The notes under the pieces: generated by a model
Told to the model about the DNA's origin: nothing
Databases searched by the model: none
What the model saw: the letters and a program-made list of their open reading frames with translations, nothing else
Source: a virus
Virus record (IMG/VR): IMGVR_UViG_3300017917_004503
Coordinates: 32,001 to 96,000 of that record
Length of the DNA: 64,000 nucleotides
Reading direction: 5' to 3' (one strand)
Translations under genes and position numbers: made by a program
Shown here: positions 10,695 to 19,699 of the stretch, in pieces
How the letters are laid out: each line of letters begins with the position of its first letter
How positions within the stretch are numbered: position 1 is the first letter of the stretch

Positions 10695-11270
10695 ATGGCA
10701 GGTTTACCACATTTTACAAATTCGAGAGCTGCGATAAACAACTTTGAACCTGTTTATCTAAACCAATTTGAGGTCATTATAAACACACCACCTGGAATTC
10801 CAGATTCCAGCACAACATTTAAAGGTGAGACTATTTTAACCCAACAGGTGAAATCTATTACAGGTTTAGCCGTTGATATTCTTCCGGCTTCTAATGTTGA
10901 GCAAAACTATAAGTTTGCCACAAGGAGATATGCTGGAGGAGAACCTTCAACATCCGATATGACACTCACTATGGAATTTGAAGTTAACTTGAACGATGCA
11001 AATTCGATGACGACATACAAGATATTAAGACAATGGAGTGACTTAATATACAATCCATTAACTGGTGCAATGGGACTTAAGACAGATTATGTTGGATCTA
11101 TGGTTATATCTATTTTTAATAAAAGGGGAGACGTTTTCAGAAGAATCAGAATTCCTTCTTGTTTTTTAAGTGAGGCTATAAATCCAATGGAACTAGATTA
11201 CGAAAACCCTGCTATATACACAGTCAGTACGTCTTGGATATGTGATTACTGGGAGGATCTTTTCCTATAA
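10695..11270 (+). CDS. Tail tube protein (gp19-like), copy 2
   Basis: Clear paralog of 10123..10677 (MAGLPH, FEPVYLNQFEV, LRQWSDLIYNPLTGAMGLK, DYWEDLFL). Confidence 0.85.
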   Translation: MAGLPHFTNSRAAINNFEPVYLNQFEVIINTPPGIPDSSTTFKGETILTQQVKSITGLAVDILPASNVEQNYKFATRRYAGGEPSTSDMTLTMEFEVNLNDANSMTTYKILRQWSDLIYNPLTGAMGLKTDYVGSMVISIFNKRGDVFRRIRIPSCFLSEAINPMELDYENPAIYTVSTSWICDYWEDLFL

Positions 11271-11291
11271 GATAGTATCTATAAAAATTAT

Positions 11292-11324
11292 AAAAAAGAG
11301 ACAAATTAATTTGTCTCTTTTTTT
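11292..11324 (+). terminator. Intrinsic terminator after the tube genes
   Basis: Perfect palindrome AAAAAAGAGACAAATTAATTTGTCTCTTTTTT followed by T tract. Confidence 0.8.
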
Positions 11325-11364
11325 GTTTTCTGTTATATAATATAAAATAACAGAATTCTGTATT

Positions 11365-12507
11365 ATGGACTTTATGCAAAACTTTTCTCCTGAAGAAATA
11401 CTGAGAAAAAAAGAACTCGAGGGAGGGATTGAATATGATCCAATCCCAAATGATCAGGTATCTGATCCAATTAATAATATACCTCAAACCGAAGATCCAC
11501 CTCAATCTATAATTAAATCACTGGAGAGTAAATCAACAGGAGCTTACGTACCCAACGATCAGATTCCTTCTGAATCTGATCTAATACAACCCGAAACTGA
11601 GCCTGTACAGCAAAATTATCCAAACTCCTTTGGTAAGTCTCAGAAAGTTGCTATGAACGCGCCAGCATCAAATTTAGGATGGAAAAACATACCTATTTCT
11701 TTTTTACCTTCCATGGGAATGTTTTATCCGAATGGAACCAAAATAGCAATAAGAGCTGCGGAGGTAAAGGAAATTAGACATTACTCTACTATCGACGATG
11801 CTGACAATTTGGACATAGAGGAAAAATTATCATATGTCCTCGAAAGATGTTTCAAGATGGAATTTTTAGGAGAAGGTGTTGTTTCTTACAAAGATTTGAA
11901 ACAAGAAGATAGATTTTTTATTATTCTGGCTATTAGAGACCTAACTTTTACCAAGGGCGAGAATATGATAATTCTTAAGCCATATAAAAAATGTAAGGAA
12001 CTTCCAGATTGTCCTTTCTCTGCCGGAATAGAATTAAGAACTGGGGTACTTAACTCTTATGAGATTGACCCTAAAATCCTTCAGTATTATGACGAACAGG
12101 CAAGATGCTTTACTTTCAGTCCTAAAAAATTAGGTAAAAGCATCAACGTTTACATTCCTTCTATTGGTGTAAATCAGGAGATAACATCTTTTATCTCCGA
12201 ATGTTCTAAAAGAAAGATAGAAGTTGATGATGGGTTTATTTCTATAGCTCCTTTTTTATTTAGTGATTGGAGAGATCTTGATTTCAATAGGATATTAGGC
12301 AAGATGAGAGAAATTGATAATTTTTGGAGCAAAGAAGAATATAGTTTATATTTTGAATTGTCCGAAAGAATTAAACTAGGAACGAAATCAGAGGTTAAGT
12401 TAGAATGTCCAACTTGCGGTGAGAAGGAGGTCACCGCTAGCATTACCTTTCCCAGAGGGCTCAGATCTCTTTTCGTTATTACAGATATCTTTGGAGAACT
12501 TTTTTGA
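11365..12507 (+). CDS. Baseplate hub/tail assembly chaperone (gp26-like)
   Basis: LPSMGMFYP, D..FIILAIR, C..C and C-terminal CPTCG; position between tube and tape-measure-like genes. Confidence 0.65.
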   Translation: MDFMQNFSPEEILRKKELEGGIEYDPIPNDQVSDPINNIPQTEDPPQSIIKSLESKSTGAYVPNDQIPSESDLIQPETEPVQQNYPNSFGKSQKVAMNAPASNLGWKNIPISFLPSMGMFYPNGTKIAIRAAEVKEIRHYSTIDDADNLDIEEKLSYVLERCFKMEFLGEGVVSYKDLKQEDRFFIILAIRDLTFTKGENMIILKPYKKCKELPDCPFSAGIELRTGVLNSYEIDPKILQYYDEQARCFTFSPKKLGKSINVYIPSIGVNQEITSFISECSKRKIEVDDGFISIAPFLFSDWRDLDFNRILGKMREIDNFWSKEEYSLYFELSERIKLGTKSEVKLECPTCGEKEVTASITFPRGLRSLFVITDIFGELF

Positions 12508-12685
12508 TGTAAAATTTAGGCTTTGGAATGAACATGGACTGGATCCAGAATGGGTTGAAAATATACCTTTCTATGAATACCAAATATGGATAGATAAACT
12601 AAATAAAGTTATCGAACAGGAAAATGCCGAGACCCAAGCAAAAAGTGGACTGAAGCAGCTTTTCAGCTTTAGTAAGGGTAATTAA
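12419..12685 (+). CDS. gp51-like baseplate hub assembly protein; no ATG, start uncertain (GTG 12419, TTG 12491 or frameshift from gp26-like gene)
   Basis: SLENFFDVKFRLWNEHGL...VENIPFYEYQIWIDKL resembles the gp51 pattern LENYY..NF.L..HH....ENM.PWER.IY. Confidence 0.6.
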   Translation: MRRRSPLALPFPEGSDLFSLLQISLENFFDVKFRLWNEHGLDPEWVENIPFYEYQIWIDKLNKVIEQENAETQAKSGLKQLFSFSKGN

Positions 12686-12719
12686 TTCCTGAATATATAA
12701 AGTAAATTTGTTTTTACAA

Positions 12720-14228
12720 ATGGACAACAACCAGAAATTAATATCACAAATAGCTGACCTTAGCAGAAATCTTAATATTGTTAATGATTCTCTGAAAGCA
12801 AATAACAAGGGTATCGAATCACTTTTAGAAACACAAAAAAAATCGGAAAAGAATAGACAAATAGGTTCCGATAAAAATGCACAATTGGATTCAATATCTA
12901 ATGATTTTTCCACGTTTTCCAAAGATATTAAAGAGATGTCTAAATCTCTTTCTAAAATGACAGAAGCCTTAGAAAATCAGAATCTTAAAAATTTTGATTT
13001 CAAAAGTCAACAAGTTAAAGGATCTTTCCAAAACGGAGGCGTGGCCAAAGAAAGTGGAAACTATATAGTAGGAGAGAACGGTAAAGAAATCGTAACACTC
13101 CCTAAAGGTGCTGGAGTTATCCCAATCAACACTAAAGATTTAATAGAAGGCTTAAAAAAAGTTCCCGAACTATCAGGATTACTTAAGGATGGAGATTCAA
13201 TAAATGTCACTGGTTCAATATCAAGTAGAGATAGGGGAATTTTATCTAACGATGGTAAAAAAATAAGCTTATATAGACTGATTGATAATTACGAAGAGGA
13301 TCTGGCTCTAGCAGATGACAAAGATCCTGAAATTAGCAAAACACTAGAAAAAATTAGTGGATATTTACAATCACTGGAAGCTTTAGATGCAGAAGCTGGA
13401 AAAAGGATTGATGCTGAATTTAATATGATTAGGGAGGAGAGAAGTAAGCTTAAGGAAAAAAGAGGTGGGGAAGAAACTTTTGAAGATTTTAAAGAAAAAC
13501 AAAGAATTTCAGAGGAGATAAAGAAAAAACTCCCTCCCCAAGAATATAATGAACTGGGAATTGCTAAGGCTGAACTTGAAGCTGAGAAAATGATCCTCTT
13601 AAAAAAGACGGAATCTGGTGAGATTAAGAAACCTCAGACTGAAGAAAAAGCTGAATTCACTTCAGCTAAAACCGATTTGAAAAAATCTGTTAAAGAACCT
13701 GAAGTAGAGAAAAAAGAATCTTCTCTATTCTCTAAGATCTCTTCTAGTGCTGGCAGGATAACAGAAGGAGTTGCCGAAAAAACTGGTTTAGGTGGGGTTT
13801 TATCTTTAGCAAAAAAAGGAATTGGTAAACTTTCAGAAAAATCTGTTGCTAAAAGCGAAGCTGAAGTACAAGGATCATCTCAAAATGCTCCTAAAGCAAA
13901 TATGGAAAAGAATATTAGTAAGCTTTCTCCTATACCATCTAAACCTGAAATTAAACCAGAATCTAGTATTTCTGAGAAAAATACACCTACTCAGACTGCA
14001 CCAAAAAGTACACCACCCCAGGCAGCACCATCTAAACAACAGGAGTCTAATCAATCTTCTAAAAAATCAGAAAAGACCTCTTCTACCCCAACAGATAATA
14101 AGGGTATAAGTTCAGATGATCTAAATGATATTAAAGGTGCTCTTATTAGAATTGCATCTTTGTTAGAAGGTCCACTTACTGTTTCTCCGTTGGATTCCCC
14201 ATTTAGACCCGACTCTAGAAGAATATAA
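12720..14228 (+). CDS. Tape-measure/baseplate hub (gp29-like) protein
   Basis: FQNGG...YIVGENGKEIV..P.GAGVIP tape-measure motif, coiled-coil N-terminus; ATG 12720 preferred to TTG 12708. Confidence 0.55.
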   Translation: MDNNQKLISQIADLSRNLNIVNDSLKANNKGIESLLETQKKSEKNRQIGSDKNAQLDSISNDFSTFSKDIKEMSKSLSKMTEALENQNLKNFDFKSQQVKGSFQNGGVAKESGNYIVGENGKEIVTLPKGAGVIPINTKDLIEGLKKVPELSGLLKDGDSINVTGSISSRDRGILSNDGKKISLYRLIDNYEEDLALADDKDPEISKTLEKISGYLQSLEALDAEAGKRIDAEFNMIREERSKLKEKRGGEETFEDFKEKQRISEEIKKKLPPQEYNELGIAKAELEAEKMILLKKTESGEIKKPQTEEKAEFTSAKTDLKKSVKEPEVEKKESSLFSKISSSAGRITEGVAEKTGLGGVLSLAKKGIGKLSEKSVAKSEAEVQGSSQNAPKANMEKNISKLSPIPSKPEIKPESSISEKNTPTQTAPKSTPPQAAPSKQQESNQSSKKSEKTSSTPTDNKGISSDDLNDIKGALIRIASLLEGPLTVSPLDSPFRPDSRRI

Positions 14229-14291
14229 CATTGATTATCAACCCGTTTAAAAATTGTTAATGTTTGATTTTTTCTTCCCGTTTATTTTTAC

Positions 14292-14299
14292 TAGATTTG
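14292..14299 (+). promoter_or_regulatory. Bacteroidota housekeeping-sigma -7 element TAnnTTTG (early promoter)
   Basis: TAGATTTG 16 nt before the dCMP deaminase ATG; same element at 27262, 33811 and 46667. Confidence 0.55.
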
Positions 14300-14315
14300 T
14301 AAAAATTCTCACAGT

Positions 14316-14921
14316 ATGGAAATCTCACTATCAACCGGAAGCTTTAGTACCTTTCTAGATTTTAACATTTTAGAATCCGGACTCATTGATGTAAACAACT
14401 GGAAGATCTCCCACAACAAAAATGATGGATTCAAAACTATCAAATGGGATAATTCTGAATATCTCAATCCTGAACTATTAACTCTACACGAAAACCAGAA
14501 ATTACTTAGGAATGATTTGATCTATTTAAAAATGGCTTCAATCTGGGGAAAAAATTCACATTGCAAAAGAATGCAAGTCGGGTGTCTTATGGTAAAAGAT
14601 AAATCTATTATATCTGACGGTTATAACGGATCACCCACAGGATTTCCTAATATTTGTGAAGATCAAGATATGACGACTTTACCGTATGTTTTACATGCAG
14701 AGGCCAATGCAATTACTAAATTAGCCAAAAGCACCCAAAGTTCAGATGGATCTACAATATATGTAACACTATCACCCTGTTACGAATGCTCTAAGTTAAT
14801 TATTCAATCAGGAATTAAAAGAGTAGTTTTTAATGAATTATATAGAAAACCTGAGTCTCTTCAATTTCTTTTTGAAGCAGGTATCGAAATTGTAAAAATA
14901 TCTAACCTTAACCAAATTTAA
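14316..14921 (+). CDS. dCMP deaminase
   Basis: SHCKRMQVG, GYNG, HAEANAI, SPCYEC zinc motifs. Confidence 0.93.
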   Translation: MEISLSTGSFSTFLDFNILESGLIDVNNWKISHNKNDGFKTIKWDNSEYLNPELLTLHENQKLLRNDLIYLKMASIWGKNSHCKRMQVGCLMVKDKSIISDGYNGSPTGFPNICEDQDMTTLPYVLHAEANAITKLAKSTQSSDGSTIYVTLSPCYECSKLIIQSGIKRVVFNELYRKPESLQFLFEAGIEIVKISNLNQI

Positions 14922-14927
14922 GTTCAC

Positions 14928-15539
14928 ATGCAGCAATCTAAGGAAACCAACATTCAAAAATTAGCTGAAGATTTTATCAGCAAAAAAACCGACAAATCCT
15001 TTGCGGATCTTTTTAATCGTCTCAAACCCGGGGTTTCCAATCATTGTTTTCTCATTCTCAAGGACACTGAGCTTGCAGAGGATGCCTTTTTAAACACCAT
15101 GTCTAAAGTTTGGCAGAAGATAGATCAGTATAAATTAGAGAGAGGTAATTTTTCTACCTGGTGTTACAATATTGCCCGAAATGAATCTCTTTTACTAATG
15201 AAATCCAGAAAAAAACTGGTTAACCATGAAGAAATAGATTTAGAGTTTCTATCATCTAAAAACACCCTTGGGGAAATAGGCGGAGTTTACACAATAGAGG
15301 ATGATCCAGCATACGCATTCTTCAGTGAGGAGAACACCATCGACTCTGTCTATGAGTCTGTTTTGGACGAGATCAGATCATTACCCGAAACCTATAGAGA
15401 TATTATGATAGACCGTGAGATCCACGGTATGAAATATAAAGATATAGCTGATAAATATGGCATAAAGAAAAGATCGATTGCTACCAGAATCAGAAGAGCT
15501 AGAGGTAGAATAAGAAAGAAGATTGACGAGAAACAATAG
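14928..15539 (+). CDS. ECF-type RNA polymerase sigma factor
   Basis: Region 2 AEDAFLNTMSKVWQKIDQY...FSTWCYNIARN; region 4 LPETYR...GMKYKDIADKYGI...IATRIRRAR. Confidence 0.88.
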   Translation: MQQSKETNIQKLAEDFISKKTDKSFADLFNRLKPGVSNHCFLILKDTELAEDAFLNTMSKVWQKIDQYKLERGNFSTWCYNIARNESLLLMKSRKKLVNHEEIDLEFLSSKNTLGEIGGVYTIEDDPAYAFFSEENTIDSVYESVLDEIRSLPETYRDIMIDREIHGMKYKDIADKYGIKKRSIATRIRRARGRIRKKIDEKQ

Positions 15540-15557
15540 CACAAAAAATCATATAAT
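15530..15557 (+). promoter_or_regulatory. Putative middle promoter GAAAC-N17-TATAAT
   Basis: One of nine GAAAY-N17/18-TAHAAW sites lying just before gene starts. Confidence 0.6.
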
Positions 15558-15562
15558 CTAAT

Positions 15563-16006
15563 ATGTTAGCGATATTCAAATTTATAAAGGTCTGGAAAGA
15601 TGTAGCTATTTATAGGGATTATTTAAAGATAATAAAGAAAGAATCTCTAAATTCCCCTGTTTGGTCTAGAAAAAATCTGAGAAAGGATTGGTTCGGAAGA
15701 ATCTATACCGTCGTGAACTTACCCCCTGAAGTAATTTTTTCGGCTGATTTACCTAAAGAATCCAGACCATCGTTTGTTATGAATGAGATCAAGCCAATTA
15801 ACGACTATATGAAGTCTCTTAATCTCCAGGAGATATTAACTTTAAGTATAGAGGAGGTTGAGAGCACAAACGCTGAGTCTTATTTGGTTGTTTATCAATA
15901 TCTTTTTAGAGAGTTAAACTGGATTTGGATTTTTAGATTTGTGATCGAGTTGATTTTTATAACGACATTAATTATTAAATGGGATTGGATAATAAGCCTC
16001 TTTTAG
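15563..16006 (+). CDS. Hypothetical protein with C-terminal transmembrane segment
   Basis: ORF with hydrophobic C-terminus. Confidence 0.6.
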   Translation: MLAIFKFIKVWKDVAIYRDYLKIIKKESLNSPVWSRKNLRKDWFGRIYTVVNLPPEVIFSADLPKESRPSFVMNEIKPINDYMKSLNLQEILTLSIEEVESTNAESYLVVYQYLFRELNWIWIFRFVIELIFITTLIIKWDWIISLF

Positions 16007-16818
16007 TACCTGGCCATGATCATCTCATGCAAGCTAAATCTGAAATTGAAAAAAAGCTTTTAGTCTTTAAAGATAAAAACTTTACTTTCGATGAAGATTC
16101 TCATACGTATAGGTTTAACGATATTAAATACGACTCTGTTACGACATTTCTTAAGACATTTAAAGTTCCCTTTGATCGTGAATATTGGTCGAGAAAAAAG
16201 GCTGAAGAGAGAGGCGTAGACGTTTCCGTTGTTTTGAATGAATGGCAAGAAAAAGCTAATAATGCGACTAGTTTAGGTACAAGAGTACATAAATACATTG
16301 AAGATTTTTGGAGCGGTGAAAATCCTGAATTTCCCAGTGATGAGAAATTGCTAGAGAGAATTCAGAGCTTTGTTGATATCTATAATAGAAAACTTCATGT
16401 TTTGCTTCCTCTTAAATCAGAGTTGAAAATTTTTTCAAGGAGATGGAGATTGGCTGGAACTATTGATCAGCCTTTTCTTTTTTGGTCTTTTCATCATGAA
16501 AGACCTTTTTTGATTATAGGAGATTGGAAGACTAATGGCGAATTTAGAGACGATTCCCACCCAAAGGGTAGATATAAAAAATTACTCCGACCTTTTTCAC
16601 ACCTTTACGAAAATCACCATAATGAATATTCTATACAGATTAGTCTCTATAGGTTAATTTTAGAAGAAGAAGCAAACATAGAAACTCAGGATGGATTTTT
16701 GTGTCACATAGGCCCAGAAGGACCTGCCAAAATCTATAGAACTAAAGATTTGAGAGAACCACTTAAAGTGTTTCTAGATCACAATAGAACTGAATTTGAT
16801 ATTTTTAATATTGATTAG
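15979..16818 (+). CDS. PD-(D/E)XK exonuclease (phage RecB/Cas4-like); start may be ATG 16027
   Basis: SVTT, GTRVHKYIE, LAGTID, IGDWKT, YSIQISLY motifs. Confidence 0.8.
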   Translation: MGLDNKPLLVPGHDHLMQAKSEIEKKLLVFKDKNFTFDEDSHTYRFNDIKYDSVTTFLKTFKVPFDREYWSRKKAEERGVDVSVVLNEWQEKANNATSLGTRVHKYIEDFWSGENPEFPSDEKLLERIQSFVDIYNRKLHVLLPLKSELKIFSRRWRLAGTIDQPFLFWSFHHERPFLIIGDWKTNGEFRDDSHPKGRYKKLLRPFSHLYENHHNEYSIQISLYRLILEEEANIETQDGFLCHIGPEGPAKIYRTKDLREPLKVFLDHNRTEFDIFNID

Positions 16819-16862
16819 AAACAAAAGTGGATAATTGATCTAAAAAAAAGAAAAAGAAAAAT

Positions 16863-17387
16863 ATGGCAAATAATAAAGCATCCAAGAAAATGACAGAAAC
16901 CGGTCCTGGAGCATCATCAGAGGTAGATTTCCAAACCATGAATCCTGAATCTGATATTATGATAGATCAGGAATTAGTTAAATCACTTGAAAACAAAATC
17001 AAGGATAAAAAAGAGGAAATTAAAAACAAGGTTTATGCTATTACCTTCTCTGAAGATCTTCTACAGAAGTATGAAAAATTCATAAACGAAGAAGCTGAAT
17101 GGAATTCGACCGAGGCTATTGGAGTTAAAGAGATAGCTAAAAATATACAGAAAATAAAGAAGGATGGTGTAAAAAACGGTGTTATTTATCTAGGAGCACT
17201 GGCTTTAGAAGCTACCCATTATTTTATTTCTAAGAGTAAGGGCAAGGGCTTAAAACAAGCCGAAGCTTTCATTGATCTCTATAAACCTTTTGACCAGGCA
17301 CTATCTGATGCTAAGATGGATGCAGCAGAGGTAAAAGACCTAGATAAACAACTTGCTGCAGCAATGCAAGGCATTTCTTTAGGATAA
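16863..17387 (+). CDS. Hypothetical protein
   Basis: ORF preceded by GAAAC-N18-TAAAAA (16818-16846) and followed by a terminator. Confidence 0.6.
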   Translation: MANNKASKKMTETGPGASSEVDFQTMNPESDIMIDQELVKSLENKIKDKKEEIKNKVYAITFSEDLLQKYEKFINEEAEWNSTEAIGVKEIAKNIQKIKKDGVKNGVIYLGALALEATHYFISKSKGKGLKQAEAFIDLYKPFDQALSDAKMDAAEVKDLDKQLAAAMQGISLG

Positions 17388-17406
17388 ATTACACACTAAA
17401 TAAAAC

Positions 17407-17436
17407 AAAACCAGTCATTTTTGATTGGTTTTTTTT
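17407..17436 (+). terminator. Intrinsic terminator
   Basis: AAAACCAGTCA-TTTT-TGATTGGTTTT stem-loop plus T tract. Confidence 0.7.
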
Positions 17437-17476
17437 GTGACTTTTAAATTTGATATATAAATGAAGTAAATTAATT

Positions 17477-17785
17477 ATGAAACAGCTACAAAAAATCAAA
17501 GAAAATTCTTGGGCAATAACTTTAGTTTTAAGTGTTTTGCTTTTCTTTAAACAATGCGGAGTTAGTAGGGATATTGATAGAATACAGAAGGATCTGAAAG
17601 TAATCTCTAAAAATGTTGATTCAACACAAAATCAACAGATGACTAAAGATGAGGTAAAACAAACTATGAATGAAGTTATGTTTGATTTCCTTATTTATGA
17701 AGACGATTTCGATAAAGGTAAATCTTCTCTATCAGATATTAAATCAAAAATTAAATCGTCGGTTGATGGAAAAGGCCAAGAATAA
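17477..17785 (+). CDS. Small membrane/lipoprotein-like late protein
   Basis: N-terminal hydrophobic segment ending FFKQC, then coiled coil; GATATATA at 17452. Confidence 0.55.
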   Translation: MKQLQKIKENSWAITLVLSVLLFFKQCGVSRDIDRIQKDLKVISKNVDSTQNQQMTKDEVKQTMNEVMFDFLIYEDDFDKGKSSLSDIKSKIKSSVDGKGQE

Positions 17786-18449
17786 GTTAGTAAACGGTTT
17801 TATAATTAGCACCTTTGTTGGACTTTATTTAATCGTTTCAGTTATCTCTACTATCCACGTTATAGAGTTCTTCGAACTCTCTAATCCTAAGTGGCTCGCA
17901 ATCTCTTTGGCATTAGCTTTCGAAGTTGGTGCAGCAGCATCATTGTCATCACTTATAGTTCTTGATAAGATGAATAAATTTTTGGTTTGGATCTTGTTTA
18001 TAGTTTTAACATGTATGCAAGCTATGGGTAACACATATTATGCTTATACCCACATACACGATTTCCAATCATGGAGTGAGCTATTTGGTCTTGTCGATGA
18101 TGATTTAATATATCAGAAAAGATTGTTATCTATTATAAGTGGTGCAATTTTACCTTTAGTTTCATTGGGATTCATAAAATCTTTGGTTGATTACATTAGA
18201 CCAGAAGACAAAAAAGATGAAGTGCCAGAATCTGATTTAATAGAACCTTCTTTAGAGCCAGATTCTAAAGAAGATCCTTCAGAAATCTCAGATATTCTAA
18301 ATACTGAACAAATAGAAGAAGCTCAAGAAGCTCCTGTAGAAAATCCTATAATAGAACAGATAGAGCAACCGGTTGAAGTAGTGCAATCTATTAATAGAGG
18401 TAAAACTGGATACATTCCTCAGGATCTGAATCCAACAAAAATAAAATAA
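17766..18449 (+). CDS. Multi-pass membrane protein (about four TM segments) with acidic tail
   Basis: Hydrophobic segments; ATG 17766 (MEKAKNK) preferred to 17670. Confidence 0.6.
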   Translation: MEKAKNKLVNGFIISTFVGLYLIVSVISTIHVIEFFELSNPKWLAISLALAFEVGAAASLSSLIVLDKMNKFLVWILFIVLTCMQAMGNTYYAYTHIHDFQSWSELFGLVDDDLIYQKRLLSIISGAILPLVSLGFIKSLVDYIRPEDKKDEVPESDLIEPSLEPDSKEDPSEISDILNTEQIEEAQEAPVENPIIEQIEQPVEVVQSINRGKTGYIPQDLNPTKIK

Positions 18450-18455
18450 GAAAAA

Positions 18456-19127
18456 GTGTCGAATAACAATCTTGATTTTGATGGGGGTTCAGCTCTATCC
18501 GTTGGAACCAATAATTTTCCTGGTGGATCTGCCGGATTTGCTCTGGATCCTATGGAAGGAACAACAGGGCCACAAACTTTCGTTACCACATATACTAACA
18601 TAGCCCAGAAAAAAGCTGATTTAACAAGAGTTAATGCAACTTTTAGGGATTTTAACGATCAGCCAGAAATTAAATTTATCAAGGAATCTTTTGATGTCAT
18701 TCAGCAAGCGGATACGCTCGATTATCTTGATGTTGCTTCTTTTTTTCATCCTCTCCAATCTTTTTCTGATTTCCAGAAGCAAACCTTTATAATTGGACCT
18801 AGAAATTCTGTTAATTTAGACCCTTCTGGATTCGAAGGAACATCTGGTGAAGCTTCAATGCTTATGGCAAGAGCTTATTACTTGCCAGAAACTGAAGAAG
18901 ATGAGAAAATATTGTTCTGGGATTATAAAGGAATGGGTAGGAATGTGATGGGTCAATTCATGGTTTTAACCGGAGCAATAAAAGAAGATTCTCATTGGAA
19001 GGGATGGGATTTAGATCCCTTTTCGACGTATGGACACACAGGACCTGCCGATTCTGCACAGGGTGGATTTATTTTCACTAATCCCACAGAACGAAATGTT
19101 AAATTAACAATAATAACAGCTAACTAA
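18456..19127 (+). CDS. Hypothetical virion protein, paralog of next gene
   Basis: Shares W.Y.G...MG..MVL[TS]G...GW...GG..F.N with 19131..19613. Confidence 0.55.
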   Translation: MSNNNLDFDGGSALSVGTNNFPGGSAGFALDPMEGTTGPQTFVTTYTNIAQKKADLTRVNATFRDFNDQPEIKFIKESFDVIQQADTLDYLDVASFFHPLQSFSDFQKQTFIIGPRNSVNLDPSGFEGTSGEASMLMARAYYLPETEEDEKILFWDYKGMGRNVMGQFMVLTGAIKEDSHWKGWDLDPFSTYGHTGPADSAQGGFIFTNPTERNVKLTIITAN

Positions 19128-19130
19128 AAA

Positions 19131-19613
19131 ATGGCAACTCAACCGATAATTTGTCCTTATGAAGAGGGTACAGGATTTAGATTCCATAGAGGAAATCTCG
19201 TTTTAGATGAAGGTGGCATGAAACTCCCAGTTTATCTAGAATTAGGTGACATGTTCCAGGAAACACCAGCTTTTAGCAAAAGTAGGGTTTTTCTAAAAGC
19301 GGGTAAATGTTTTTTACTCAGCCAAACTAATATAGGCGATAATGACGGATATGTGTCATTCATAGCAGTTAAAGTTACATATCCTTCTTCTGTAGTTGAG
19401 TCTAAAAAATATTTGGAGTGGACATATTTAGGAAATACCTATTACATGGGTGAATTAATGGTTTTATCTGGTAAAAAGCTATCAACAACAGATTCTATAC
19501 AGGAGGGATGGTTTTTATCGAAACCTGGTGTTGAATCTCAATTAGGTGGTATAGTTTTTTGTAATACACATACTGATATAGACGTTAAAGTAGAAATACT
19601 TGTGTGTAAGTAA
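19131..19613 (+). CDS. Hypothetical virion protein, paralog of previous gene
   Basis: See shared motifs with 18456..19127. Confidence 0.55.
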   Translation: MATQPIICPYEEGTGFRFHRGNLVLDEGGMKLPVYLELGDMFQETPAFSKSRVFLKAGKCFLLSQTNIGDNDGYVSFIAVKVTYPSSVVESKKYLEWTYLGNTYYMGELMVLSGKKLSTTDSIQEGWFLSKPGVESQLGGIVFCNTHTDIDVKVEILVCK

Positions 19614-19699
19614 ACAAAAAATAAGATTTAGGTTAAATATATAGTAGAAAGTTTTCGTTCCCTATTGGGATATATAATAAGAATAAAAAAAACAAGACC

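Noticed and set aside
15979-16818. Cas4 of a CRISPR system
   Set aside because: No Fe-S cysteine cluster, no cas genes or array nearby; fits a stand-alone phage PD-(D/E)XK exonuclease
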